DNA from: Ruditapes philippinarum
Taxonomy: Eukaryota
DNA length: 64,000 nt
Direction: 5' to 3'
Assembly: GCF_026571515.1 (NCBI RefSeq)
Contig: NW_026862005.1
Location: forward strand, 186,001-250,000
The notes beneath the pieces were generated by a model that saw only the letters and a list, made by a program, of their open reading frames with translations, did not search any database and was not told where the DNA came from. Both the position numbers and the translations under genes were made by a program. Below are positions 1-12,285 of the stretch, piece by piece; position 1 is the first letter of the stretch; the number at the start of each line of letters is the position of its first letter.

Positions 1-144
1 GAGATGACCAATATTCATAACGACGGGGTCTTAGAGGTTATCATACTTATAAAAAATATTATTTGTACGACCAAGTATAAGATTTTGTTTTGCATTTCGT
101 TAATCAATAAATAGTAGGTATTAGAACGAAAATATTGTATTCAG

Positions 145-460
145 ATGAAGAAAATGTTGGTATTAAGTAAGTGCTAAATGAGTTGGTTCACCAAATATTT
201 TTCATTTAGATTTTCTTCTTTTACTAAGATATGAAAAAATAAGTGAGATTAAGTAATCTTATTGGTGAATTACATTACAATATGATATTACAGGAGAAAA
301 GAAATAAGTTAATTAGGATTATATCAACATATTGTCAAATTACTTATTCAGAAACACTTGTCACTATAAAATCACTGTAAATGTATAAAATTAAATCTTT
401 TCTATTTCAGATTCAACGGCGTTCGTCTCCGTCCTGTCATAAACTACATTTTTAAGAAAA
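145..460 (+). other. Possible terminal exons of an upstream + strand gene (micro-exon 145-166; last exon from 411)
   Basis: tattcAG|...|GTAAGT at 145-166; polypyrimidine tract plus tttcAG acceptor ending at 410; AATAAA near 868. No recognisable protein. Confidence 0.2.
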
Positions 461-1479
461 TTCACTAAAAACTCTAAAACAAGTTCTGACAATTATTTTG
501 AGATCATGTGACCTGGAGCTGACAATAATGTACGTGTTCTTAGACGACAATCAACAATATCGACACAGCTATGATCATAGAAGAGCTACACTTTCATCAA
601 TGCAATATAATTTAAAGAAACTCTATGATGGATAAAACATCTCTTAACGAAATGTACATGTATGTTAAAAGAAGAGCTAAGGGGACAAACATTGACAAGA
701 CCAAAAATCAAATTAGATTGTGAATGCTTCACAAAAATGTCAATTTAATTATATCGATGTATATTTTTATCTTATTATTATTTAATACCATGTAATCGCT
801 TTATCTTAAATTATTTATTACTTTTATGGTATATCTGAATTTTGGAATAGTGTGAAGACAACAGTAAAATAAACAAATTGAAAAAAATGCGGTTTTGTCT
901 TTTTTATGTAAAAGAAATTGATCATGATAATAAACATATACTAGTATATCAGTAACATCATAGTAACGTAAATCTGTTTAATGAAGGTTCATCCTCCATC
1001 AAGTCATCGAGTTCGCATCTCGGGACTGTTATTCTCTTTCAAGGGTTTGATCTTGAAGCATAAATTAGTGAGATGTTACCTCTGTATAATTTTACACAGA
1101 GTGAAAGCCAAATATATTAATTTTAAGCCCATTGTATATCACTGAACAGAAGCTAATTGGAACCTAAACGTACCGTAACCTATAACAATAAAAAAGGAGG
1201 TAAATAGCCCCAATAAGAATTGTTATGAGCTAAATGCCTGCCTTTCAAGGAGTCTTTGTAATAAAGGCTTCCTTCCTAGTCGTGCCTGTCTTTGTAGGAC
1301 ATCTCCCATCGCCTTCAGTCAGAACATTGTCGTTGCAAGGTCTAAAAATCTTCTACCGGTTCCACCGTGTATATCCAGTAACGCAGGAATGTGCAAATAA
1401 CACAGAATGGTGCGAATCAGTGGCTAAAACGAGCACCGCGATAAGAAAATGGACCAATATTTTTTACAGTACAATGAAT

Positions 1480-2065
1480 TAGCGCATATGGCTCTCGAGA
1501 CATTATACTATAAACCTCATCAAAAATATTTTCATGTTAATTTTTCAAGATCATCCGTGAAAATGACGACCTGACTAGCGTATTGATGGCAATTTTTATT
1601 TTCGTTGATATCTTTAAATACAATTACGTACATGTTACTTTATGATTTTTATATGCCTTGTACCTGAGACATTTTCCAGTCTACTCGTGTTATATTACAG
1701 TTAATTTAGCAGATAATTGACGTAATTGTGACCATTTTTACGAGGTAACGCCGAATTCGTGAATGAAGCACTGAAGCAACGCCGGTTATCTCATAAAAAG
1801 TAGCTAAATCTTATTTTACCAGCTTCCTTCTATTGTTATACGCACTTGTAGTTTGACAAATGTCTTAGGTAGATCTATATATAATATGAAAAAATAATGT
1901 TTTAAATGTGTTAAATGTACATATTTATTTGACGAAAACACAAAAGTCACCTTCAAAACGGTAATCAGGTTGTATTTCTCACGAATGATCTAAAGAAGTA
2001 AACATACTCCTGAAAAAAATTGTAATGCTGGTTAAAGTATAATGTCGTAGCAGCCGTATGCGCTA
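1480..2065. mobile_element. Non-autonomous DNA transposon (MITE), ~590 bp
   Basis: Imperfect ~35-40 bp terminal inverted repeats: tagcgcatatggct..gacattatact at 1480 and agtataatgtc..agccgtatgcgcta ending at 2065; no coding capacity. Confidence 0.65.
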
Positions 2066-4208
2066 TTCGTTTCTTTAAATTTCATTTAGAATCAAATATT
2101 TTGGTTCGTATACTTACTGTGCTATTGGTTTTGGCAATAGCGTTGCACAGATTCGTTGTAACTTTTGCGTTACTTGCACATTCCTGCGTTACTGGATATG
2201 CACGGTGGGTTCCCTGTGCCTCTCAATTACGTGCATGTAAAGAGGAGAACGGGAGGTCTGTGACACTAATTACTTTAAATCATTTTAAGGACAATTAGGG
2301 ACCTTTTATCGTAAAAAAACCGGAAGGGTGTTATTTCACCACAACGCATTTTCCTTTCTTATTCCCATGTACATGCTCCGTTCTTCCCCGTGTCGTAGAT
2401 ATCAGGATTTCTCTTATCTAATTTACATAATCAACAACTTGATTAAAATAATAAGTGTTTGTATAACAACGTTTTCAAAATTTGATTTCTTATTTGATTT
2501 CTTCTGAAAATATATGCGCCAATGGTAAATTTATTCACAGTTTTTGTCAAGATTGGACGAGAGTGATGGCCAAAATGTTTCCCTTTCATGACATGTTGGG
2601 TGGAAAAAAATCTTGACTTGAGTGCATTGTGATACTCGGTATGTTATTCAGATGCTTATTATATCACGAGTATTTAACTTAACATCTAATAAAAAAGAAC
2701 CGCGCTACGAATATTTAATACCAAAACGCACTCGAAATAAAGATCTATTCAGTAAATGTACGATAAAAATTAAAATACACGGATTGTTTGAAAGAAGGAA
2801 ATGTCTTATTTTTTTCGTCAAAGTCATAATCATAAAACGTAAATGTTTAATAATTATCCACATACACGTGTAAAGCTCGTAATATAATAGCATTGACAGT
2901 TCCAAATGTTGCTATTAGGCCGTTCAGGGCAATGCAAAAAATGGCCTTCGAAACAATTGCTTCAAAAGACCACAGAATTACCAAGATCAGAAGAACACTG
3001 ATAATTGATATAGACAATCTATTAGCGAATCATCATGAGAAAATAATTCATGAGAGGAATGAAGTCATTAATATGAACTCTATACAAAGTGGTTGAGATA
3101 CTTCTCGTGTTATTTCAGCACACCTATAAAGTTTAAACAATGCTTCTTCTGCTGAACCACTTACCCTATTGATTTGGCCCATAATTGCTCAAAGCAAGTT
3201 CTATAGTTAGCCGTCCAAATGGCCGTTGGAACTATATTTAAAACCTTTTATTAAACGCCGTCTCTGAATGAATACTATCAACTCGGACCCATTACAAATG
3301 TAAAAATGTATAATGCGGACAAACTAACGGAAGTGGGGATGACAAATATCAATCAAGTCTATTCAAATTAAATTATGCTTCATCTGCAGGATCAGATATA
3401 CCCGCTGGTGTTTGATGTTTGGAATATAGCTTATAGTGTTTCACAAATGATGGTATGTGATAATTCATGTTAACATCGTGAAAGCTGCAGGTCTCTATAT
3501 TCATGAAAATTTAAAGTTAAAAAACTGCTTTAAATAGTTTAAAAATTGTGAACAAATAAAGAAATTTAGCCTATGTAAGACAATTGAAATATTTTTCAAT
3601 AAGAAAAATCATGTAAAATAATGTCAAATTTATGCAAAATATCCATTACTGCGCCAAATACGAGGTAAGAGGAGGTAAGACATTGTGCATATGACATGTG
3701 AATCATTGAAAGATTTTGAATATTCAGACATTTCTTTAATTTTTGATGTTGTTTCTTTTATTGTATTTTTTAAATTTTACTTTTTTTGTCAGGAATTAGA
3801 TCTTGCATTAAAGTGAAAACATCAGACCCATGTTTAACGCGAAGAAAATAAATAAATGTTTTTTACAATAAATAAATCTTTGAAAAATGTGTGTATCACT
3901 ATGATTTACAGTAAAATGGTAATATAAAAAGATACAATGTGGGGTTTCTAATTGTCTATAAGACGTCTGATATAAACTTATTGATTTAACTTATATGACA
4001 TAAATATATTTAAAACACACGTTTGATATTCAATTTTACATTTTATTGCAATCCTTTTTAGAATAGTTCATCTCATTCAGATACTATTATAGTACGTTAC
4101 ATGTATTGTTGAAAAGTTGTGTAAAAAGTATATTTTTTATTAGAAGCAATTCAAGCACTCGACGCTGATTCTCTTTTTTATTGAATTTTATATATGTAAC
4201 TGTTAATA

Positions 4209-4265
4209 AGTAAGCATTTACAAAATTAATTGGTCATGACCAATTAAATTTAGTAAATGCTTACT
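4209..4265. repeat. Near-perfect spacerless 57-bp palindrome
   Basis: agtaagcatttac-aaaattaattggtca|tgaccaattaaattta-gtaaatgcttact; about one mismatch and one indel. Confidence 0.8.
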
Positions 4266-6063
4266 AATATAATAAACACAACCCAGTTTAGTTTTGAAAT
4301 TATTCTTATAAAACTTTCGATTTACTAGACTGATTGAATTTAGTCGGTTTACCAAAGTAGATATGCTGTGATTCATTTGAAATACTGCAATTATATAAGT
4401 TGTTTTTCTTAGTTTATTTTTCCGGGATAAGCATTAACATTGTGATGCATTAAACTCAATTCTAGCATTAAATTCACGTTGCACGTACTCTTCATAAAAT
4501 GCTTTTCATTAAAGTTTTTAAAATCAAGTGACCTTCTACACAAACACGGGTAAAAAAGAACAAACTGTACAAAAGTACTTATAAAGCATGAAGCTGTATT
4601 TATTATAGCTAACACAAATAAAAGAGGCAAAAAAGGTAGATTAGTTGACAAATTTATGAAGAAAAAGAGATAAGAAACGAATTGCTGAGTTAATGTACTA
4701 TACTTATATGAAAAACTGCAACCCGCCTTTTTGTGTTTTATCGAATACATGTAAGAAGTCCTTCATCTTTACATTAATTTTTTAGGACGGAATTGCTTTC
4801 ATTACTTTGTACAGTGCTTCATTCCTTTACTTCAGAAAACCCTTTAAAGAGAAAATATGATTCCGTTCATTTGATTGTCTCTCTTTGAGAATTAAGCTGT
4901 AATGAATTGGTTTTCATGTTTAAAATGATTCACTGTTCTGGAATCAAAATCACGAGAAACCCTGCATTGTTACGTTCAAGAATAAAAACACCATAATAAA
5001 AATTATTAAGCGAGAAATATTTTATGAAATACATTTAATTCCCTGTATAGTTGAAATAACAACTAAGATGAACTTTGCATAGAGAAGGTTGAATATTTCA
5101 CGTATTTTAGGTTTTCCCTTCAATTGGAACAATAGAAAATCGAATCACAACGTGGTCGCGACCAAAAGTGGTCAAATCAAAATCGAAAGTGTTTGATCAA
5201 AACATCAATAGAATGTAATTCTTTATATATAGAGATTTTGAATAAAATATTGTAAGTACAAGCTAACAACTGAATAAAAACACACACCACTTTATGAGCT
5301 AACTGGCTTAAAATATATTTGTAAGAATGTATGCACTTTGTTAATGATTGATTATTCGCACGCAGGTAAAGATTAACGGAGAACAAGGTGCAATTACCCC
5401 TCTTTTTATTATCAGAAGAAGCGTTATTATTAAGGAGTATGCAAAAGAGATATGATCATAAAGGCATTCCGATTCTGCTGTGGTTCAGAAACATCAAAAC
5501 AAATAAATGAGGAGGAATACATACAACATTTCATCACGAATATTTACAACATGTATGTCTATCAAAAAGGGGTTATTTTAAGTGAGTTTATATCTACTTA
5601 AAATATTAAATTGTATTTGAAGTAAATCATCATTTCTGTCATCAACATTTAGCCATTAACAATGTCAAGGAAAATTACTCACTGCACTGAATCTTATGTT
5701 TCATATAACGTTTATCTCCCTTTTATTGTGAAAACTCTAGACCGATCACCAACACAAATAATTACCTTTTCACTTTTCTTCACAATAATGTCCGCCTCAT
5801 ATTTTGATAAAAAAGCAATGAAGTCACTTAAATATGTCTTTTTCTTTATGTTTTAACTGCGAAAATCTCTTGCGATTGATTCCCAATGTACTTCATTCGT
5901 TCACGTTTTATATCGACAAATTGTTTAAGAAATCTATGTTTGTTTTTTATTGACGGCAGTAAATCTTGCACTAAATGGAGCTCCTGAAAAAAAAGACTTT
6001 ACTTTAGCGGATAACTGTAACATTCTTTATTAGTTAACCATTCTTGGGTCCGTACTGTTACTT

Positions 6064-7806
6064 TTAGGAGTTAATTACATTGTATACTTTTATACAATTC
6101 GCACCGTTAAAACTAACGTACAATTTGGACATCGAAACGGAAAAATGTACATTGCGTGGTTCATACTCGTTGTATTCCAACAAAACCTTTTTGTCCGTAT
6201 TTTTAGTGTCATCGGTATGATAAACATGTATACTACCAGTTCCAGATTCACAGACATAAATGAAGCCGTCCTCATCAGTTGTTATTCCTAAAGGATGCCA
6301 GATGCGAGGCGAATACTGCTATATATCTAAAGTGTCAATGTCCACTTTGTAAAATTTGTCCCGTAACCAATCTGTGACGTAAAAAGACTTTTCTGTTTTA
6401 TCAACATGTAAATGGCAGGGACAGTTACAAAGATACTTTCCATTATCATCCTTATCAATTGTTTGAATACCTTGTTCAGTCAAGTTCCTTATCTGAAGTT
6501 TGCCATGATAATTAGCCGTCATGGCAATTAACAACTTTTCCTCACCAATGCACGCAATATCAGAGCAACGCATACCTGTCAGTATATAACGTTTCTTGAA
6601 AACGAGCTGTTTAGCATTTGTCAGTTTCAAAAACTGAATTATACTGCGATTCTCATCATTTTCATATGATCGCACAATGGCAATCTCCGAGTCTAAAATC
6701 TTAGTAACAGCGTCAGGGCTGCTTTTCAAAGACAGGCGATCAAATAACATTTTGCTTTTTAAATTGACTAATTTCAAACAACAATTGTTATGATCAGACA
6801 TAACAAGATATTGTTCGGACAGTACACATAAATGGGATATAAAATAGTCTCTCTGATCAAAACTGTCCTTGACATTTATATCCTCAATAAAGCACGCTGT
6901 CTTTTCCCTCTCTTTGCCAAAATGTTTTTTAGCTGTAGCGATGCATCGTCCAAACTCTTTAACTCTTTTGCTCAAATCATTTGATTTCTTTTTCACTTCA
7001 CATTCAAAATCATTGTCTAACTTTGATAATTCTTTTGTTAAATCTCTTAAGATTTCATTCATTTTAGTTAAATCTTCGCCCAGCCGTTTCATTTCCAGAA
7101 AAATCGTGTACCTGCAACCTTTTGGTAATTGTTTTATTGCTTCGATTTTCTCCGATAGTCTGTCGGTTTCTCTTTGCAGCAATTGAATTTTTTCTTTCGC
7201 TTTATCTAAGCTCAACATATCTTTTGTCTTTGCTGAAAGTATTTTGTCGTCTACTTTTGTAATTTCCTCGTTGAATTGTGCAAATGTTAACTCATTTGCA
7301 CTTTGTATCGAAGATTTAGCTTCTGTTGCAAAAGCAGATAAACTCTCATATTTAATATCTTTTTTTCTTTTGAAATCTGAGAAACGTTTGGCAATATCAT
7401 CATTGAATGTCTTACAACCTTTAAGTTCCTCTGCAACTTTAGTGTTCGTAACATAATCGGGTAAATATTTCATGTTACAAGTCTCTTTGTGTAGCTCAGG
7501 TTTACAAATACAACAAACAAATTTATTGCAAGTTGTACAAAAATATTTCAAAATCTCTTTGGTGTGTGTCTTACATGTTTCCATACATATATCTTGTGGC
7601 ATGTTTTCTCCTTCCAAGGGTTTGTGAACTGGATAAAACTTCCCGTGATATTTCAAACAAGTTGTGCAAAAGTAGGTCACACATGCAGAACAGAATGCAC
7701 AGGCTATTTCATGCTGTCCTTCTCTGTGACAAGCTTCGCAGTACATTTCGAAAACGTCTTCAGAGCCCTTGCTTTCTGTTTCGCAAACTGTTGTTGATTC
7801 TGCCAT
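6064..7806 (-). pseudogene. RING-less TRIM-like B-box/coiled-coil/NHL-like propeller paralog 1 with one in-frame TAG (495 aa truncated; 580 aa if read through)
   Basis: Two Cys/His B-boxes (CEAC..CSAC..CTTC..H..H; CKTH..CTTC..CCIC..H). TAG at 6319-6321 replaces the Tyr seen in paralogs. Manual translation past it gives 84 more in-frame residues (QYSPRIWHPLGITTDEDGFIYVCESG...KVYNVINS*) ending at TAA 6064-6066. Confidence 0.85.
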
Positions 7807-8822
7807 TGTCGCTAGGAACTCGAGCCACTTTTTTTACGAATAGCTATCTAAATTTGAAGGGAATAATACAAGTGAAGAATATTTGATGTGGCATACCAGT
7901 ATATATATAACACTTACGTTCATTTATATCATACCTGGAGAATTAGCAAAAAATAGTATACGAACCACAGTTTATATACGTTTATATTGTTGTTAACCAT
8001 AAATAAAAAATATCTTAAGGCGAGACTCATAGACATTAAAAACTTTCACTAACGACTAACTTGGTTTGCATACTAACATGCATGAATAATTAAAAGCTAA
8101 TCTTAATAACTGATTAACATACCCTTTTCCTTTTGTCATTTTGCTATGACCTTGATGATTATTTGCAATAAGATAAACAGCATAAACTGTCATTGTGTGT
8201 AACCAGTTCCGTCTGAAGATCACAAAGGACACTGTAGTCTTTATCTAATTCTATGTCCAAATAATTTCTCAACCAACATTAAAAAGAGTCCCAAAATACC
8301 AATATTTCAAATACTTTCGAAATGTTAATCATTATAAATATATAGAACTTTATGAAATCAACCTTTCATAAAACGTCGCACAATTAACGATATTTGAAGT
8401 CTCATTGTTCTGATCACAATTAGCAAAAACGTAGGTAACTGTACCCAGCATATTATTTTGACAAGTGAACAGGTTTAAAAGTGTTTTTTTCCCCTTGTAT
8501 TTGTAGTTTGATATCGTTTTCTAATAATGCATTTACATGCTCAATTATACATTCAATTCAGCTATTCAAATTTTCCCAAAATACATTGGTAGTGTTTGGT
8601 TATCTACGTAACAACTGTTGCTAGTCTCATAATCAAAAGGATAACGATCGATGAAAACGAAACGTTTCATTGTGCTATCGTAACGACCGCAGCATATGTC
8701 TGTTATTGTGACGAGTACTGAAATCGTTTTAAGATTAATTCATATCCGTCACAAAACGCATATTGAATAAGATATACCTTTTCAAAATAGTTCAGAATCA
8801 ATAATGAAATGAGATATTCGTA

Positions 8823-9181
8823 AGGCCTAAAATAAAATATTGTTTGTTTCCCCTCCCGCTTTCTACCCACATAAATTACAGCTACCCAAAGAATTTTATC
8901 GCATAGAAAATATACACATGGAATCGGAGTCTGTCAATGAAAATCACATTTTATATATGTCACATGTTTTTGTAGATATACAAACTGGAAAAAATGTTAA
9001 ATAAAATTTTGAAACTTTGATTCTAAACTTAAAACAGATGCTTAGCATTCACAATTTGTTTTGAATTCCATATAATTTTAGATAGAAAACATATTTTTGA
9101 ATATTTTATTTTTCTGCTTACGTACCCTACTCAAACTTGCAAGGGTCGCGAGAGGGGAAAAAAAAAAAATAAGGATTGCCT
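8823..9181. mobile_element. Degenerate non-autonomous DNA element, possibly Kolobok-like
   Basis: Starts taAGGCC, contains subterminal tttcccctc...gaggggaaa inverted motifs and ends near GCCT; second copy at 28471-28770 ends GGCC-TTAA. Family assignment is inference. Confidence 0.4.
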
Positions 9182-9387
9182 GAAAAAATACGGTGTTGAA
9201 AGAATTTCAAGAGTGGCTTTATTATCAAAAAGCTGATCAGATATTTGAAACCTGATATCTTCATTAGATTTTTCTTATATTTAAGATTTAAGATTTGCTA
9301 ATGGGCAATAATGATATATGAGTAAGAATCCTTGAGATATAGGGTTTGTGTATTTTCCATGTATTACTTACCATTACATATATATTA

Positions 9388-9529
9388 TTAGTTATAAAGA
9401 TTTTTGACAGGTTATATAGCCCTACATTAACGGTTGTTTAGAAATATAACGCGAGGCTCCAGGCGAGGATTATATTGCAAACAACCGTTTATATATGGCC
9501 ATATAAACTGTCAAAATGTTTATAACGAA
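9388..9529 (+). mobile_element. Long imperfect hairpin, likely the end of a non-autonomous (Crypton-like?) element, family 1
   Basis: ~65-bp arms (ttataaagatttttgacagg..aacggttgttt / aaacaaccgtt..ctgtcaaaatgtttataa) with CGAG present in direct orientation on both arms. Confidence 0.55.
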
Positions 9530-9989
9530 TTTAAAAAACAGCAAGGAACTTTTTTTTAGAGAAAATGTCAGATTTCTTCATAAATTACAGCAGCCGTATA
9601 TTTAAAACTTTATTGACGTCACGGTTTTTTAAATGACAATATATATTGTGACCACCTATATAGTTTGTAGGATTTTAAACATAACATATCTACTTTGTGT
9701 GCAGTCATAACATGTTTATGTTATATTAATAAAGTCACTGTGTAGCAATTGCCAAGATTTTTAATAACAAATTTGAGCACAGTATATCTTTTTAATAGCT
9801 ATAATATTAACTTGACAGATGATACAGATCCAAAACCATAGTTTTGTGCATTTTCTTACCCAAATTAGACATATTCACTACTGTACAATTTTAAACAAAT
9901 CCGAAATGAGATATTTTGTACTTTCGGTTTCTACAACCATCATAATAATGTTATAAACTACTTTTATTTCTATAATATTAAAATGATTT

Positions 9990-12285
9990 AAGTGGACTTT
10001 TACTACATATATTGGAATAAACTCAACATCTCCTAGCATTCATTTTCCACTTGTTTGCATGTTTAGTTTCTTAACGTAGGTAAGACCTTTATACATAATT
10101 TGTTTTATGTATTCTTATTCTTGTGTTCGAGGTCCTTATCCAAAGTTTGGCGTAATCTGATCAATGTCTTTCTTATATACATTTTGGACTATAAAATATG
10201 TTGAAAAATCTCACAGGACTGGTTTATTTCCATGCAGCCGATGTTTACATTGGTCAAAGTTAATACACTTTCATACTTAAGTTTTCTGATGCTGCCTCAA
10301 ATCCCCGTCTCAGACAGCACGGCTTCTGTTGTGTTATTGAATCTTCAGAACAAATACTTCCATGAGGCCTATGTTTACATTGTTCAAAGTAAACCACCTT
10401 TATGTTTCATATACCTATTAATGTTTACTAAATTTTCTGTAAAAGCACCGGTTTCTGTTTTGGAATTCAATCATCTTAACAAATGGTTAGGAATAAATAA
10501 ACTCAAACAAACATAATAAGAATATCAATGAAATGTTACGGTGCTAAAAATAGGTTTAGAAATTTTATATAGAGATGAATTTTAGTTTATAATGGAGGAA
10601 AAATCTAATTGTCAGGATAAAACGGCCATTGAATGCAAAGGAAAATAACCCACGAACAATGAATACTTTTGAATCAAACAAATCTTTAAAAACTCACTTT
10701 TTTACACTTAACTAAAAGTAACTTAAAGCAAAACAAGTTTACAAAATGCACTCTTGTATAAACTGTTCTTAATTAACCAAAATATATTATTATAAGAAAT
10801 AATATTGAATTAAAGATTTGAACCCGTCAAACAAGTGCCAAAAATGTAATAATTATCTGAAAGTATGAAAAATAACCTAATTGATTCTGTGCTATTTAAC
10901 AGATAAATCTAAATAGAAGCAAGTCCTGTTTTAAAGTTATACCACCAAGAGCGAAAATCTCATAAATATAGATGACTGTCATTTTTAAAAACAAAGAGAA
11001 AATTATTGAAATAATCTTAATTACTTCGGTAAAAAGAAACAACTTAAATTTCTTACAAATTCATCAAATATTGTTCAGTGAATAAAGATAATCAATGCAA
11101 AAGTGCCTAACATAAATTCTATAGTTCTTTAATAAACATTAGAGAGCTTTTAGAGATGTTACTTCTTTATAAATTAGCAGCAGAATTACAAAAGTCCCTG
11201 AGCTTCCTGGTTAAATGAACTTCTGTACCCAGAGGGAGCTAGCATTTACATAGTGGTGGCACTGTATGTAACAACTCATCTGATTGTTCTGCATATTACA
11301 TGTACTGCTTATCAGAATTTACTCAACAAATGCTTCAGGCTTATATTTTTTACATATATATTCTAATAATAGATTATGACTCATGGAAAAGTTTAAGAAA
11401 CAACATTAACATAACATTTTCTACAAAAGATAACAATAATAGCAAAGTTCTACAAAGTTATTTATAAACACATGCAAATGCTTAATCACCAACTTCTATT
11501 CCACTAAGATTAAAGGCCAGAGTAAATAGAGATAGAACCATTTTCTATATATATTGTACATAATTATATAAAATAATCCTAAGCCATGCTCAGTGTTTCT
11601 AAAAGAATGTATCAATAAGTTCTACAATCAATACTTAGTAAAATAATCAACATTAAACTAGTGAATGATAAGACTGAAATGTCCATAAAACAATACATAT
11701 TCAATATCATTAAGTTTTAAGAATATTTACAAGTGCAAGGCAATCAAAAGGTGTCTTTTGAGTGAATATATATTACGTACTCAAAACATGAAATTGTATT
11801 CTTTATTTAAATATTGTTTCGATCGTCGTTGTGATCACACCATCATGTAAACATTATCAGCAGTGTGTTTAGGACATTTACTGTTTAATAATGTTATCTC
11901 TCTTTGATAATGTGAAAAGAGCCAGTGTCGATCCGTATTACACAAAATTAAAGTTTGCTCGCTTTACACCTTTTCAAGATAACGTTCACTTCACCTTACT
12001 GTATATCGTGACAGAGATTTTATTAGAGTTTTATCCGAAAAGGTCTTATTCTTCTAAATTCAATAATGTTTATATCTCTTTAACTGAATCATCGTGAATT
12101 TTAATTGTTACGTTCTACATGTTCTATATCAAATCGACAAATCATGGATAGAAGAAAATGGCAGTTTAATTTATAACATTTCTTTAACGTAAACAGCGGA
12201 AAGCTTTCCAATCCCGATCACACAAAGACAAATAAATACATTTAAATTCATGATCTACATTCGTTGAACTCGAAGTTTAGCAGTT
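9990..12285 (-). repeat. Shared ~2 kb 3' flank of the paralogs (further copies ~16875-18915, ~30050-33980 interrupted, ~38770-41234)
   Basis: Recurrent blocks such as gatgtttacattggtcaaag, cagcacggcttctgttg, tagcagcagaat..acaaaa, ggtggcactgtatgtaacaac and tttctacaaaagataacaat. Confidence 0.85.

Noticed and set aside
1234-5856. Short ORFs of 60-113 aa in the first 6 kb and similar ones in other intergenic regions
   Set aside because: No recognisable motifs; composition typical of random AT-rich ORFs; many use non-ATG starts.
7807-7849. Protocadherin-like model with a shared upstream coding (e.g. RING) exon spliced to each paralog
   Set aside because: Acceptor-to-ATG segments differ in phase (41, 38 and 36 nt) and contain in-frame stops in paralogs 1 and 4; a 5'UTR intron fits better. 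A shared non-coding exon cannot be excluded without RNA data.
6869-7886. Plus-strand ORFs overlapping each paralog (also at 12.6-14.1, 19.2-20.6, 34.7-36.1, 41.5-43.0, 47.8-49.5, 55.1-55.7 and 59-60.2 kb)
   Set aside because: Antisense shadows of the real minus-strand genes; they recur only because the genes are paralogous, and their starts and ends are not conserved.
8653-8663. ISRE/IRF-like GAAAACGAAAC upstream of paralog 1
   Set aside because: Short A-rich motif expected by chance in this composition and not seen at the equivalent position in other paralogs.
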